This document shows positions 1-11,762 of a DNA stretch of 64,000 nt, in pieces. The stretch's first letter is position 1; each line of letters starts with the position of its first letter. Under the pieces are notes generated by a model. The model worked only from the letters and a program-made list of their open reading frames with translations. It did no database searches and had not been told where the DNA came from. The position numbers and the translations under genes were made by a program. Source of the stretch: Octopus sinensis (Eukaryota); contig NC_043006.1 of the NCBI RefSeq assembly GCF_006345805.1, forward strand, positions 95,356,001 to 95,420,000, read 5' to 3'.

Positions 1-720
1 TGAAATTATGCGAATCGTAACTGTGAGCAGGGCAATAGTGAGTAGAAGAATGCTTTTCTAAAAGCTTTCATGAAGCCGTCTAGATTGCTATTATTTATGA
101 CCAAATTTACATTAAGGAGGCCTGTGTCTTAATTTCAGATCGGTTTTATAGCTTTATTATTTATTAGGGATCTTTTCAACGATTGATAAAAGAAGAGACA
201 TGCAATCATGCTTGAAATAATTTTTGGCAAAATAATACGCATTTTCATATTGCATTCTCGTTTGATTTTCGGTGAACGTGTAAAGCTTATATATTTATAT
301 TTCTGTATTCATTTATTTTTACTCACTTACTGTGTGCTGTACAATAGCCAAAGCACACTTAGAGAAACTTGGAAGTGATGTTAAGTCGTTTAGAATAATG
401 AAAAAAAATATCATTTTCTTATCTAATGAACGGAAAATGTGTCCGGTTGAGCGGATAAGAATCCCGATTCACAGTGAACCGGTCAACATGCCCTAGTATT
501 ACGACAGATTCAACGCAATCCAAGCACAAAAGATGCAGAGGATCGCAACAGTGCCGATCTATAAATGCCGATACACAAATTTGGCATAAACGCACAAGAG
601 GAAATGATTTACGGGTAATAATGTTTCAATAAATATCTAACTGTAAACACAACAAAATCAAGCCTACATCTTACATCCATTCTTCAGTTGATCCATTTGT
701 CCATATATCAGTTCATTCCT

Positions 721-744
721 TTATTTTTATAGATATATACACCC

Positions 745-792
<48 letters not shown>

Positions 793-804
793 ACAATATA
801 TATA

Positions 805-839
<35 letters not shown>

Positions 840-855
840 GATAGATAGAGAGAGA

Positions 856-887
<32 letters not shown>

Positions 888-989
888 AAGAGATAGAGAG
901 ATAGAGAGATAGATATAGATATAGATATATAATTATATATCTGTATATGTATATATATATGTAATTATATATATGTATATATATATATA

Positions 990-1036
<47 letters not shown>

Positions 1037-1060
1037 ATCTATATATGCATGTATGTATGT
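721..1060. repeat. Compound (TA)n/(GA)n/(TA)n microsatellite
   Basis: Direct reading; representative of dozens of similar AT/AC/AG tracts across the window. Confidence 0.95.
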
Positions 1061-1288
1061 AGCTTCATTTAAATAGCTAAGAAGCGGAACTTTTATGAAA
1101 AAGACATTAAGTAAGGCTACTAAATCGCACATGAATTAACAACAAAACCACCACAAACACACACACACACGTGTGTGTATGTGTGTATCTGTAAACAAGC
1201 TCTTTATACCATAAATATACACCTGCAAATATATATATATATATATATATAGCTATCAGTTCATACGCACGTGCACGTGCCCGCACAT

Positions 1289-1320
<32 letters not shown>

Positions 1321-2154
1321 GTAAATATTTAAATATATACACATATGTTTACTATATATACACATTATATGGTCATGCAACTCTGTGTCTATATATTTAT
1401 ATAGCCATACACATAAGGACACCTTATACAGAATCCGAGAGAATGAGAGAGATACGAGTAAGAAAATGGCGGAAAAAGGGGGAAGACGGGAAGAGACAAA
1501 AGTATATAAACCACTACACGTCTATTTTAAATAGCTTTTAAAAATAACAAACAAGAAAAAACTATCCCCAAATCGAAATGATAATCGCAGAACAGCATGC
1601 GCCCATACAATAAAACATTCTCCACTTGTTATCCATTACATTAGTATAAACGTTGAAGTTGAGGCAAATATATGTAAATACTTTCCGGATCTGTAGCTGC
1701 TCCACTGGCGCTGCTCAACGCTGCGTTAAGCGTATCAATACACAGCACAGGCAAATAAACAAGTAAATGAATACAATGATTAGACGAGCAACGGGAAACT
1801 TGTTGCAAAGAATAGTTTCAAATCTCACTAAAATTTATACCATACACATTTGGTTTACCGTTTCATTCACATGTTTTATCAACAATATATTTCCTCCATG
1901 TTTATATTGAATGGATTAAGCACAGTTGGGGAATTTGTTGTGCTGTATGTATGTATGTAATCTCTTAATAGGTAAGAAATTAGGAGGGTGGCTGCATTGC
2001 ATATTAAGAGGCAGGAGTCAGACAGTTGTAGCCAATCGGAAAACACTGATTAGGAGTGATGTCACAGTGTTGTTCTGTGGATCAATAAGACATACACACA
2101 CACACACACATACACACACACATACACACACACACATACACACACACATACACA

Positions 2155-2226
<72 letters not shown>

Positions 2227-2547
2227 TGTAACTATACACACACACGAACACACACATATACATATGTCTCTGTGTATACATATGTGTGTGAAAATATATG
2301 CCTATATATATTCGTACATACATCATATCTATGTGTGTAGCATGTACATATAATTAATTAATATAAACAGCAGGTTGCAATGTTTTACCAAAAAAGAAAA
2401 TTATAATTGACTCTAAATGTGACCAGGGCGTTAAAAAAACCTACAATGCTAGAAATAAGAGTTAAAATGCTCTACTATTGTAGTTAAAGGACATCCTTTC
2501 TGATAAAACATTTTGCAACCTGCTGTTTGCATTAATTTTGTGTATAC

Positions 2548-2604
<57 letters not shown>

Positions 2605-2745
2605 GATAAGGATAACATTTTTTTCGGGAAAATTTTTTTATCAATGGCCAGCATATCAAAATATGCCTTAAAGGTCAAATTTATACATAATTTACAAGAT
2701 CTGGCATTAGAATTTTTCTTCTGCCACTATCTTGTAATTATATTC

Positions 2746-2853
<108 letters not shown>

Positions 2854-3587
2854 TTAATTATGTATGTATGTATGTATGTATGTATGTATGTATGTATGTA
2901 TGTATATACATATTCATCTATGTACATGCATGTATGTGTGTATACATAGTCGTTTATGAATTTATAAGTCAGAAAAATTAAGCATTCACATATTTCTCAA
3001 TAGAGTGGATATATTATATATTATACTATATTCTAGAGCCATTCCAGCCAATCTTACCAAGCCGTTTCACAAGGGATATTACATAACCGGCTATTAGATA
3101 ACAAGCGTCTCTTAGATACATGCAAACCTCAGGGAAGGCAAGTATGGAAAGATATGGTGAATGATATTTGTTATTGTACATACGCACAGTAACGCACGTG
3201 CGCCCTTTCATACATAGATTTATATTTACATGCACTGCTACACATGTATACACACCTGCATACATTTGTACACTCATGAGCAACTCCAAATTGCATTAGA
3301 TGTCATTTATATAACAGATTTCTTTATATACACATATAACGTCAAACATGAGAATATAAACGTATATTAATAAATAGACACCACCATATATGATTCACAA
3401 AATTGCTATCTATGGTCCATTTAATAAGACATGCATGTGGGTTCGACACCGCAAATACTTGCAGTCGGACATCCTCAGGCATTGCTGTGTGATTAAGAAA
3501 TTCAGTTTGTAACCACATTCTTTCGCTTTCAGCCCAACAGATTTACGCTTTCCGCACGTGTTTTCTCTTATAACTACATTGTGCAGA

Positions 3588-3790
3588 CGTGTGGGCGCAT
3601 GACCAAGTGAATAGCTTATTGCATTTACGATAGCGAGATGGCGGTTTCAATTTCTGGGCAGGTTGCTGCATGATGTTATTGAACAGAACACTTCTCACGT
3701 TGCTCTACGATCACTTTGTTAAATGTGGACTTCGAAGTCGATAAAGCTACGAATAACAGCGTTAAAATAAAGTTTTAAAGACCACTATGT
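3588..3790 (+). mobile_element. Old, degenerate tRNA-derived SINE (family C-like head)
   Basis: GTGGGCGCATGACCAAGTG...GCGAGATGGCGGTTTCAATT loosely aligns with the head of the copy at 35048; A/B boxes are degenerate. Confidence 0.4.
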
Positions 3791-4020
3791 ATGGCAAAAG
3801 CACAAAACTACCAATAAGATGTGAACTCACATTTTCTGTGGACATGAAAAACATTCAGCCTTTGAACCAAAGCAATAAACCGAGCTTTTCGGCCAATTTT
3901 TTTGCTTAATGTCACCGCCCATCACATGTGGTACAGAGTGCACTTGTTCAGGCAACGCTGATCTCATGGAGGTTGTCTGTTAATATAGAGCAGAAACAAT
4001 TAATCAATTTGAACAATTGA

Positions 4021-4424
4021 TGGCTGTGTGGTAAGTAGCTTGCTTACTAACCACATGGTTCCGGGTTCAGTCCCACTGCGTGGCATCTTGGGCAAGTGTC
4101 TTCTGCTATAGCTCCGGGCCGACTAATGCGTTGCGAGTGGATTCGGTAGACGGAAACTGAAAGAAGCCCGTCGTATATATGTATATATATATATGTGTGT
4201 ATGTGTGTGTATTTGTGTGTCTGTGTTTGTCCCCCTAGCATTGCTTGACAACCGATGCTGGCGTGTTTATGTCCCCGTCACTTAGCGGTTCGGCAAAGGA
4301 GACCGATAGAATAAGTACTGGGCTTACAAAGAATAAGTCACTGGGTCTAGTTGCTCGACTAAAGGCGGTGCTCCAGCATGGCCGCAGTCAAATGACTGAA
4401 ACAAGTAAAAGAGTAAAAGAGTAA
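4021..4424 (+). mobile_element. SINE family A, full-length copy
   Basis: tRNA-like head (A-box TGGCTGTGTGG, B-box GGTTCAGTCCC), internal (TA)n(TG)n tract, (GTAAAAGA)n tail; many near-identical copies in the window. Confidence 0.9.
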
Positions 4425-4595
4425 TTCATTTATGATGGTTGTTCAGCATGAAATCCAGAACCCTCTTTCTTAGCGGACTCCGAGAGATTACCATCATGCC
4501 ATACTGTATAAACACGGCAGCTGCCAGAGGACACCACTTATTTCGTTATTCGAATTTCAAGTTCATCATATGAGCAAGGGTTGCTCTGTGGTAAG

Positions 4596-5006
4596 AAGGC
4601 GGCGAGCTGGCAGAAGTGTTAACACGCCGGGCGAAATACTTAGCGGTATTTCGTCTGCCGTTACGTTCTGAGTTCAAATTCCACCGAGGTCGACTTTGCC
4701 TTTCATCATTTCGGGATCGATTAAATAAGTACCAGTTACGCACTAATGTCGATATAATCGACTTAATCCGTTTGTCTTTCCTCTCTGTGTTTAGCCCCTT
4801 GTGGGTAGTAAAGAAATAGGTATTTCGTCTGCCGCTACATTCTGAGTTCAAATTCCGCCGAGGTCGACTTTGCCTTTCATCCTTTCGGGGTCGATAAATT
4901 AAGTACCAGTTACGCACTGGGGTCGATGAAGTCGACTTAATCCCTTTGTCTGTCCTTGTTTGTTCCCTCTATATTTAGCTCCTTGTGGACAATAAACAAA
5001 TAAGAA
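4596..5006 (+). mobile_element. SINE family B, dimeric copy (full monomer plus head-truncated monomer)
   Basis: Head GAGCTGGCAGAA...GAGTTCAAATTCC; central GAGGTCGACTTTGCCTTTCATC..GGTCGAT..AAGTACCAG occurs twice; junction at 4819/4820. Confidence 0.85.
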
Positions 5007-5204
5007 GCTTGTTTCAGTTGGCAGACTGCGGCCATATTGGGGCACCGCCTGCAAGAATTTTTAGCCTAATCAGCCCCACAGCATTTTTTTTGTAAATTTG
5101 GGTACTTATTCTGATAACAAGAACGTAAACACACCAACGTAAGTACACCAACACAGGTTTCCAGTGATGGTAGGGGGCAAACACAGGCACAAAGATAAAC
5201 ATCA

Positions 5205-5325
5205 TTCACAAGGCTTTAGCGGGCCCCAGGGTGTCGTTGAGGAGACTTTCCCAAGGTGTCACGCAGTGAGGTGGAACCCAGAAGCATGTGGTTGGTAGCA
5301 AGTTTCTTACCACAAAGCCACGTCC
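5205..5325 (-). mobile_element. SINE family A head fragment (degenerate)
   Basis: Reverse complement matches the family A head. Confidence 0.7.
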
Positions 5326-5364
5326 ACGCCTACACACAGCTGTGCGTTATGAAATCTATATATG

Positions 5365-5500
5365 TATGTGTGTGATAAGAAGCTTGCTTCGCAACCAATT
5401 CGTTCAAGGCTCAGACAAGTGTCTTCTACTGTAGCCTCGGCCAACCAAATCCTTATGAGTGGACCTGGTAGACGGAAACTGAAAAAAGGCTATCGTGTAT
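5365..5500 (+). mobile_element. SINE family A head fragment (degenerate)
   Basis: GTGGACCTGGTAGACGGAAACTGAAA matches the family A motif. Confidence 0.7.
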
Positions 5501-5503
5501 ATA

Positions 5504-6282
5504 TCTATATATATAAAACTCAACTTGTGCGTCTGTGTGTGTGTCTGTGTGTTTAACTTCCCGGCACATCTAGCCAACAAATCGTAGAACCATCAAAAAA
5601 CTCGATGTGTTTGTTTAGGCCTTATCCTATGTTATATTATAGATTAAAGTTTGAGCATTGAATGAGGTAACTCTAGAAAAACTATCAATGTTAGGGAGTA
5701 GCCTCCCTTGGAAGAAATAATGGCTGAGTGATAGAAAGACATAAGATAGCGAGGGGAGTGAGAGTGATGTGAGGGAATAGGGGAAAGTAAGATATAAAAA
5801 TGTTTAGTGAAAGGGAAACAGTCAACGAGGAACCATGGAGAATATATATAGATATATATATATAAAACTCAACTTGTGTCTGTGTGTGTATCTGTGTGTT
5901 TAACTTCCCGGCACACCTCCTCCTAGCCAACAAATCGTAGAACCACCAAAATGGGTCACTTACAGTTGAGGCGAATGAACATTGAACTACGCTATTTCTG
6001 TTCCGAAATTCATCTCGCAAGTGCAAAAATTGATAATGTGTTTGTTTAGGCCTTATCCATGCATGCATAGTGAACTTTACTCAGTCACCTGTTTTGACGT
6101 GAAATGTGTCATTCACGCGTGCAAGCATGCGTAAATTGCATGAAAAAATAAAAATCAAGATATAAAACGAATCGTCGTAAGCATTGTAGAAATTCGGCAA
6201 AAAAATGATTTTTCGAGAATGTAGCCTGGAGGGTTTTTTTGTATTAATATATATATATATATCATATATAGTATATATATAT

Positions 6283-6330
<48 letters not shown>

Positions 6331-6629
6331 ATATATTATATATATACATACATAAATACATATATATATGAGAGTTTGATAGAAAAAGGCTAACTCTCCT
6401 TCCGTAGAATAAAAAATTCAAATCGGACCATGTTAACACCAAAACTCATTTACATCAAAAAGGTGCCTTTTTTCTATGAAAATCAATATTTTTTACGATA
6501 TTTTGACTGCTGTGTCGCCATTTTTCGGTGTATTTCATTTAACAAGGTACGTACTTCCGAATTTTTACTTTTCAAAAATTCCAGTTCTAAAGGGTCTAAA
6601 CAAACCGCAACGCCGGGCGATACTGCTAG
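5504..6629 (+). mobile_element. Composite non-autonomous Helitron
   Basis: 5' TCTATATATATAAAACT at 5504, second 5' end near 5852, 3' ACCGCAACGCCGGGCGATACTG-CTAG|T at 6626-6630; 5852-6170 is homologous to the inverted copy at 9320-9655. Confidence 0.65.
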
Positions 6630-6648
6630 TATGTATATATAATTCTAA

Positions 6649-6861
6649 GTGTGTGTCTTTGTGTCGGCGTTTGTTCTTCCACCATAACTTGACAACCGAT
6701 GTTGGTATGTTTATGTCGGTGAAACTTAACGTTTCGGCAAAAGAGACCGATAGAATAAGTACTAGCTTTACCAAGAATAAGCCCAGGGGTCGATTTGCTC
6801 GACTAAAGGCGGTATTCCAGCATGGCCAAAGTCAAATGACTGAAACGTGTAAAAGGGTAAA
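6649..6861 (+). mobile_element. SINE family A, 3' half
   Basis: TTGACAACCGATG..GAGACCGATAGAATAAGTAC..CTCGACTAAAGGCGG..CAGCATGGCC.. Confidence 0.85.
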
Positions 6862-7409
6862 TTAGTATGTGTGTGTGTGCGTGAGTGTGTTGTGTGTGTG
6901 TGTGTGTGTGCGTGTGTGTATGTGTGCGTGTTTGTGTGTTAAGCAAAGGAAAAAGACAGTTAAACGTATTTTATAGAAGCAGAGCGTATGCGGGTGAGTA
7001 GAATCAAGCATGACTTTTCTAAATTTCGTCCTGCGACTCTCTAGTGTTATCGAAACTTTCATTGTTAGAAGCGATCTCCTTTATAAAGAGAAATCAAATA
7101 ACTATAAAGAAAAAAAAATTACACCATATGTACAGAAATATAAGATAAATACTTCTGTCTCTGTGTTCGAATTGGCCAGTGTCGTGACAGAAGCTCGGAA
7201 TGGTGAATATGTACCTGGAAGCAATGAAACGTGTTGAATAGAACCACTTCTCAAGACTATCTCATTTTCTCTCCTACGTGACAAGGCTGCGCTGGAAATG
7301 ACTAAATCTGTCGCCGTGTCTGATGATGCGTCTCAGTGAAGACAACGGAAATATATACATACATATATATATATTTATATATATATATATGTTTGTGTGT
7401 GTGTCTGTA

Positions 7410-7461
<52 letters not shown>

Positions 7462-7531
7462 TATATATACATATATATATATAACATATATATATATAAC
7501 ATATATATATATATATGTATATATTATATAG

Positions 7532-7563
<32 letters not shown>

Positions 7564-7806
7564 CGGGGGTGTATTTATTGACACACACACACACATAAAC
7601 ACACATTATCTATGCGCTTGTCTACCAGCCTGCCTGCTTGCAAGATAATATATATATGTGTGTGTGTGGGTGGGTGTGATTGCGTGTTAGTAACTATATG
7701 TGTATACTCATACATTTACTTCCAAACGCGCATACATTTTTAAATGTATATCTATATATACAAACGTGTACAACTTTATATAGATACACACAGAAGTTAT
7801 ATATAG

Positions 7807-7877
<71 letters not shown>

Positions 7878-8327
7878 GTTGTGTGCATGCCTGTGTGTGC
7901 GTGCGCGCATGTGAGTCTGTGTGTGTGTTCGTGTGTTAGTGTTTGCATGTTTCTGTTTTTGAATAATCTTTTTTCAACTATTGTCTCTCCCTACCATTAT
8001 TATTCTCTTTCCCTCTCTGTATACCTGTACAAAAACACACACGCACATACACCCGCAAACTTGTCCATACACATTGCTAGATGTACACACGTATGCTGGC
8101 GCACGCAGAGGGTCACGCGGTTGAGGATACATAAATACACAAGACAAGTATATATAGACACAAACGTACGTGTACTAATGGTCACAGAATTAGTCTAGTG
8201 AGAATTATACATACACACACAAAAGCTTAGAAACGCTCACAAATATATATACACATACACACGCGCATATATATATATATATACACATATTTATATATAT
8301 ATCTATATAAATATATATGTATATATA

Positions 8328-8360
<33 letters not shown>

Positions 8361-8363
<3 letters not shown>

Positions 8364-8758
8364 AAAGGCTTAGTAAAATAAATTACTTTGCCGCATACTG
8401 AACTCATTAGAATAGCAGCTAAAAAACTTTTTTAAAGCTATTTCTAATACTTAAGAAAATCTCTCTCATATATAGTGTTTGCTTAATTCAACTCACAAAA
8501 GTTTGGGGGTACCCCCAAACTTTTGTGAGTTGAATTAAGCAACACTATATATGAGAGAGATTTTCTTTAAGTATTAGAAATAGCTTTAAAAAAGTTTTTT
8601 AGCTGCTATTTCTAATGAGTTCAGTATGCGGCAAAGTAATTTATTTTACTAAGCCCTTTATATAATGTAATAATTTGAATTCGCCTTGAATGGTCCCTTT
8701 GCATACTGAACACTTGGTGAAATGATTAATAATTAATTAATTTTGCCCTCAATTGTTG

Positions 8759-8760
<2 letters not shown>
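8361..8760. mobile_element. Zero-spacer ~300-bp palindrome plus tail; PLE/retrozyme-like terminal module
   Basis: Arms 8361-8510 and 8511-8660 centred on GTTTGGGGGT|ACCCCCAAAC; the right arm and tail share CTATTTCTA and CTTGGTG modules with 15855-16512 and 39411-40117. Confidence 0.75.
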
Positions 8761-8789
<29 letters not shown>

Positions 8790-9004
8790 CTCACATATAT
8801 ATACATATATATATGCATATATATATATATATATAATATATATACATATATATATGCATATATATATGTATATATATACACATATATATACATATATAAT
8901 TGTATATATATATGTGTGTATATATATATAATAATATATACCATATATATATATACATATACATATGCATATACATATACATACATGCATATACATATAC
9001 ATAT

Positions 9005-9100
9005 AGGGAGAGTTTACGAAAAAACAAAAGACGAAGCGGTGGAGTACAAAAACAACAGATGTATTAGTATAACGCTCAGAATAGAAAAGGTTTTACGTTT
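9005..9100 (-). mobile_element. Short PLE-type 3' tail fragment in (TA)n
   Basis: Homologous to 11655-11762 (+) and 40175-40280 (-); begins at AAACGTAAAA, inside the HHR-like motif. Confidence 0.7.
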
Positions 9101-9220
9101 ATATATATATATATATATATAATATATATATATTATGTATATATTATATATACATATATATATATATACATATATATGTATACATATATATATACATATA
9201 TATATGTATATATGTATATA

Positions 9221-9272
<52 letters not shown>

Positions 9273-9319
9273 TATATACATTTATATATATGCATATATG
9301 TATATACAATATACATATA

Positions 9320-9655
9320 CTAGCATTATTGCCCGTTTTTATATCTTGATTTTTTTATTTTTCATGCAATTTACGCATGCTTGCACGCTTGGTGAACACA
9401 GTTCACGTCAAACAGGTGACTGAGTAAAGCTCACTATTCAATGCATGGGATAAGGCCTAAACAAACACATTATCAACTTTTGCACTTGCGTGATGAATTT
9501 CTGAACAGAAATATCGCAGTTCAATTTTCATTCGCCTAAACTTTAAATGACCCATTTTTGGTGGTTCTACGATTTGTTGGCTAGCAGGAGATGTGCCGGG
9601 AAGTTAAACAGACAGACACACACACAGATACACAAGTTTAGTTATATATATATAT
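9320..9655 (-). mobile_element. Non-autonomous Helitron (~340 bp)
   Basis: Minus strand ends CGGGCAATAATG-CTAG|T; TG microsatellite near the 5' end; homologous to 5852-6170. Confidence 0.7.
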
Positions 9656-9664
9656 ATATATATA

Positions 9665-9840
9665 TACTTTATTTAAAGCAGCAGAAAATTCAACAAAATC
9701 TGTTACTCTGAGTTTCTCGTTGCCGTTCATCAGACAGTTTTTGCTAGAATCTGCTGCTTTAAATAAAGCATATTACTCTACCACTGATATTTGAGTACTC
9801 TTTTTTCCACCTTGTTTCACATTTATGTGTTTACTCCGGT
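9665..9840. mobile_element. PLE-type tail with an inverted segment carrying an HHR
   Basis: 19-bp inverted repeat CTTTATTTAAAGCAGCAGA / TCTGCTGCTTTAAATAAAG flanks the HHR; (TA)n on both sides. Confidence 0.65.
9700..9737 (-). ncRNA. Minimal type I hammerhead ribozyme motif
   Basis: CTGT-CTGATGA-A-CG(GCAA)CG-A-GAAAC-TCAGA-GTA-ACAG: intact core, palindromic stem III (ACTC-A-GAGT), GUA triplet, 4-bp stem I. Confidence 0.7.
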
Positions 9841-9940
9841 ATATATATATATATATATATACATGCGCGCGCGCAAACACACATACACACGCACACGCAC
9901 ACACATATATATATATATGTATATATACAAACATACATCA

Positions 9941-11250
9941 ATTGTTTTCCTTCCCTGGTGAATTCTATAAGCATTCAGCGGTGTTGCTATGGGCACCATG
10001 ATGGGCTCCAATTATGCCAACCGCTTTGTAAGTTATGTAGAGGCGCAAATCTTTGCTCACTTTCCTTGACCCATACAAATGGCGCCACAAGTCTCAACAG
10101 ACAGCAGCTCAACGATTTTCTTTCTTATGTTAACACCTTTCACCTAGCGCTAGAATTCACCTACATCATTTCTGATACTTCTGTTTGCTTTCTGGACATA
10201 TCAGTCAAAATACACAATACCCACCTCTTCAGATCTGTCTACAATAAAACTTCTGATTCCCACCCCTACCTCCACTATTCTTCCTCTCATCCCAAACACA
10301 TTAAATCTACTTTACCTTTCTCTCAAATTCTTTGCCTTCGACGACTTTGCAGCATCGATTCGGATCTCGAATTACCATTGGAAGACGATGCGACAGTTTT
10401 TATTCTAAATCGAGGGTATTCACCTTCAGCTGTCGACCCGGAACTCCACCGAGCCCAAGCCATTCACTGCACCACTGCTCTTCGACCATCTTCACGTACT
10501 TCTACCGACAGTATTCCACTCTCTCTCTCTCTCACCTTACCACCCGTCTATCCACACTCTAAAGCACAATCTCACCCACAACTTTTGGATTCTTCTTTTG
10601 GACCCAACGGCCACCGCTATCTTTTTCATACCTCCTCTCCTGTTTTTTTTTAAAAGATAGCAGTCTTAGGCATCTCCTTGTTAGAAGCAACACAGTTCCT
10701 AGCTCCGCACATGCCCCTACATCAATAATATTACCCCCATCACAGGGCCTAAGAAACAATATCATATAACACTTTGCTTCTCTTGCACTTCGACGAATCT
10801 CATATATTACATAATATGAAAACTCTGCGGTGCTCTTTACATTGGAGAAACAAGGCAACACCTAGGGAATCACTTTTGCCAACACGTCAGAAGCATAATG
10901 CTACGTATGCCAGGCCGAACTGTCACCACCCATTTCTCTACTGTGAATCATTCCATTGTATATTTATCAGTGTGTGGCATGGCCTATGACCACGGACCCT
11001 CCTTCTCCAGGAATCGATAGGAGCAGCGTCTTATATTTTATCTTGGCACTCTGTCCCCAACAAGTATCAATGAACGTTTTTCCTTTCATCCTCCTTTCAC
11101 CCCCTCTTAATTCTTTTTGGACCCTTTATAATACTCCTTCCACCCTCCTTAGCTACAACATTCCCATTTTTACTTACCGCTACTCTCTCCATCAGCCTTT
11201 TCTGTCTCCTTTCTGCACACCTTCTCCTATAAATTCTGTTTCACGTTAGC
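9941..11250 (+). pseudogene. Penelope-like element fragment (RT C-terminal half plus GIY-YIG endonuclease), degenerate
   Basis: SGVAMGTMMGSNYAN; FLDISVK..VYNKTSDSHPYLHYSSSHPKHIKSTLPFSQ..RRLCS; an (F)SCTSTNLIY..ALYIGETRQHL segment near 10780-10870; frameshifts and stops. Confidence 0.85.
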
Positions 11251-11264
11251 AGCCCTTGTTATTC

Positions 11265-11388
11265 TGCGTCCACTACACAAACATACATTAATTGCTTGTC
11301 CTTCTCAGGTGAATTCTATAAGCATTACAGCGGTGTTGCTATGGGCACAAGGATGGGCCCCAATTATGCCAAGCTCTTTGTAAGTTGC
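11265..11388 (+). pseudogene. Second short Penelope RT fragment in tandem
   Basis: GEFYKHYSGVAMGTRMGPNYAKLFV; diverged repeat of 9941-10033. Confidence 0.8.
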
Positions 11389-11559
11389 AGCCAGTTTTTC
11401 AAGCTGAGAGGATGTAAACTCTGACATTTTTTCTCATTTTGTTCTCTTTTTCTCTGATCTCTGAAGAAAGAATTGAATCCGAAACATTGGATATTCCATT
11501 CCACACGGCAAGTTCACTGCAGCCCTTTCAATTCTTTCTGTATATATATATATATATGC

Positions 11560-11762
11560 CATGATAGATCGTTAGCTCCTACACGCATTTTTCTCTCCTT
11601 GTTTCTCTCCTTGCTTTTTTCTGTGTATCTTTCTGTCGAAGAGCGTAGGCTCGAAACGTAAAAGACCTGTTCTATTACTATTCCTGAGCGCCATACTAAT
11701 ACATTTGTTTGTTTGCACTCCACCTGCCTTCGTACTTTGCTTATTTTCGTAAACCTTCCCAT
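11560..11762 (+). mobile_element. PLE-type tail with HHR-like motif (non-canonical core CTGTCGA) at 11628-11665
   Basis: TCTTT-CTGTCGA-A-GAGC(GTAG)GCTC-GAAAC-GTA-AAAGA; homologue at 40269-40304 (-). Confidence 0.65.

Noticed and set aside
1990-2065. Promoter-like AGCCAATC and TGATGTCA motifs
   Set aside because: Imperfect motifs, expected by chance, with no adjacent exon candidate.
11461-11495. CTGAAGA..GAAAC HHR-like motif
   Set aside because: Stem II, stem III and the cleavage triplet are broken; at best a decayed relic.
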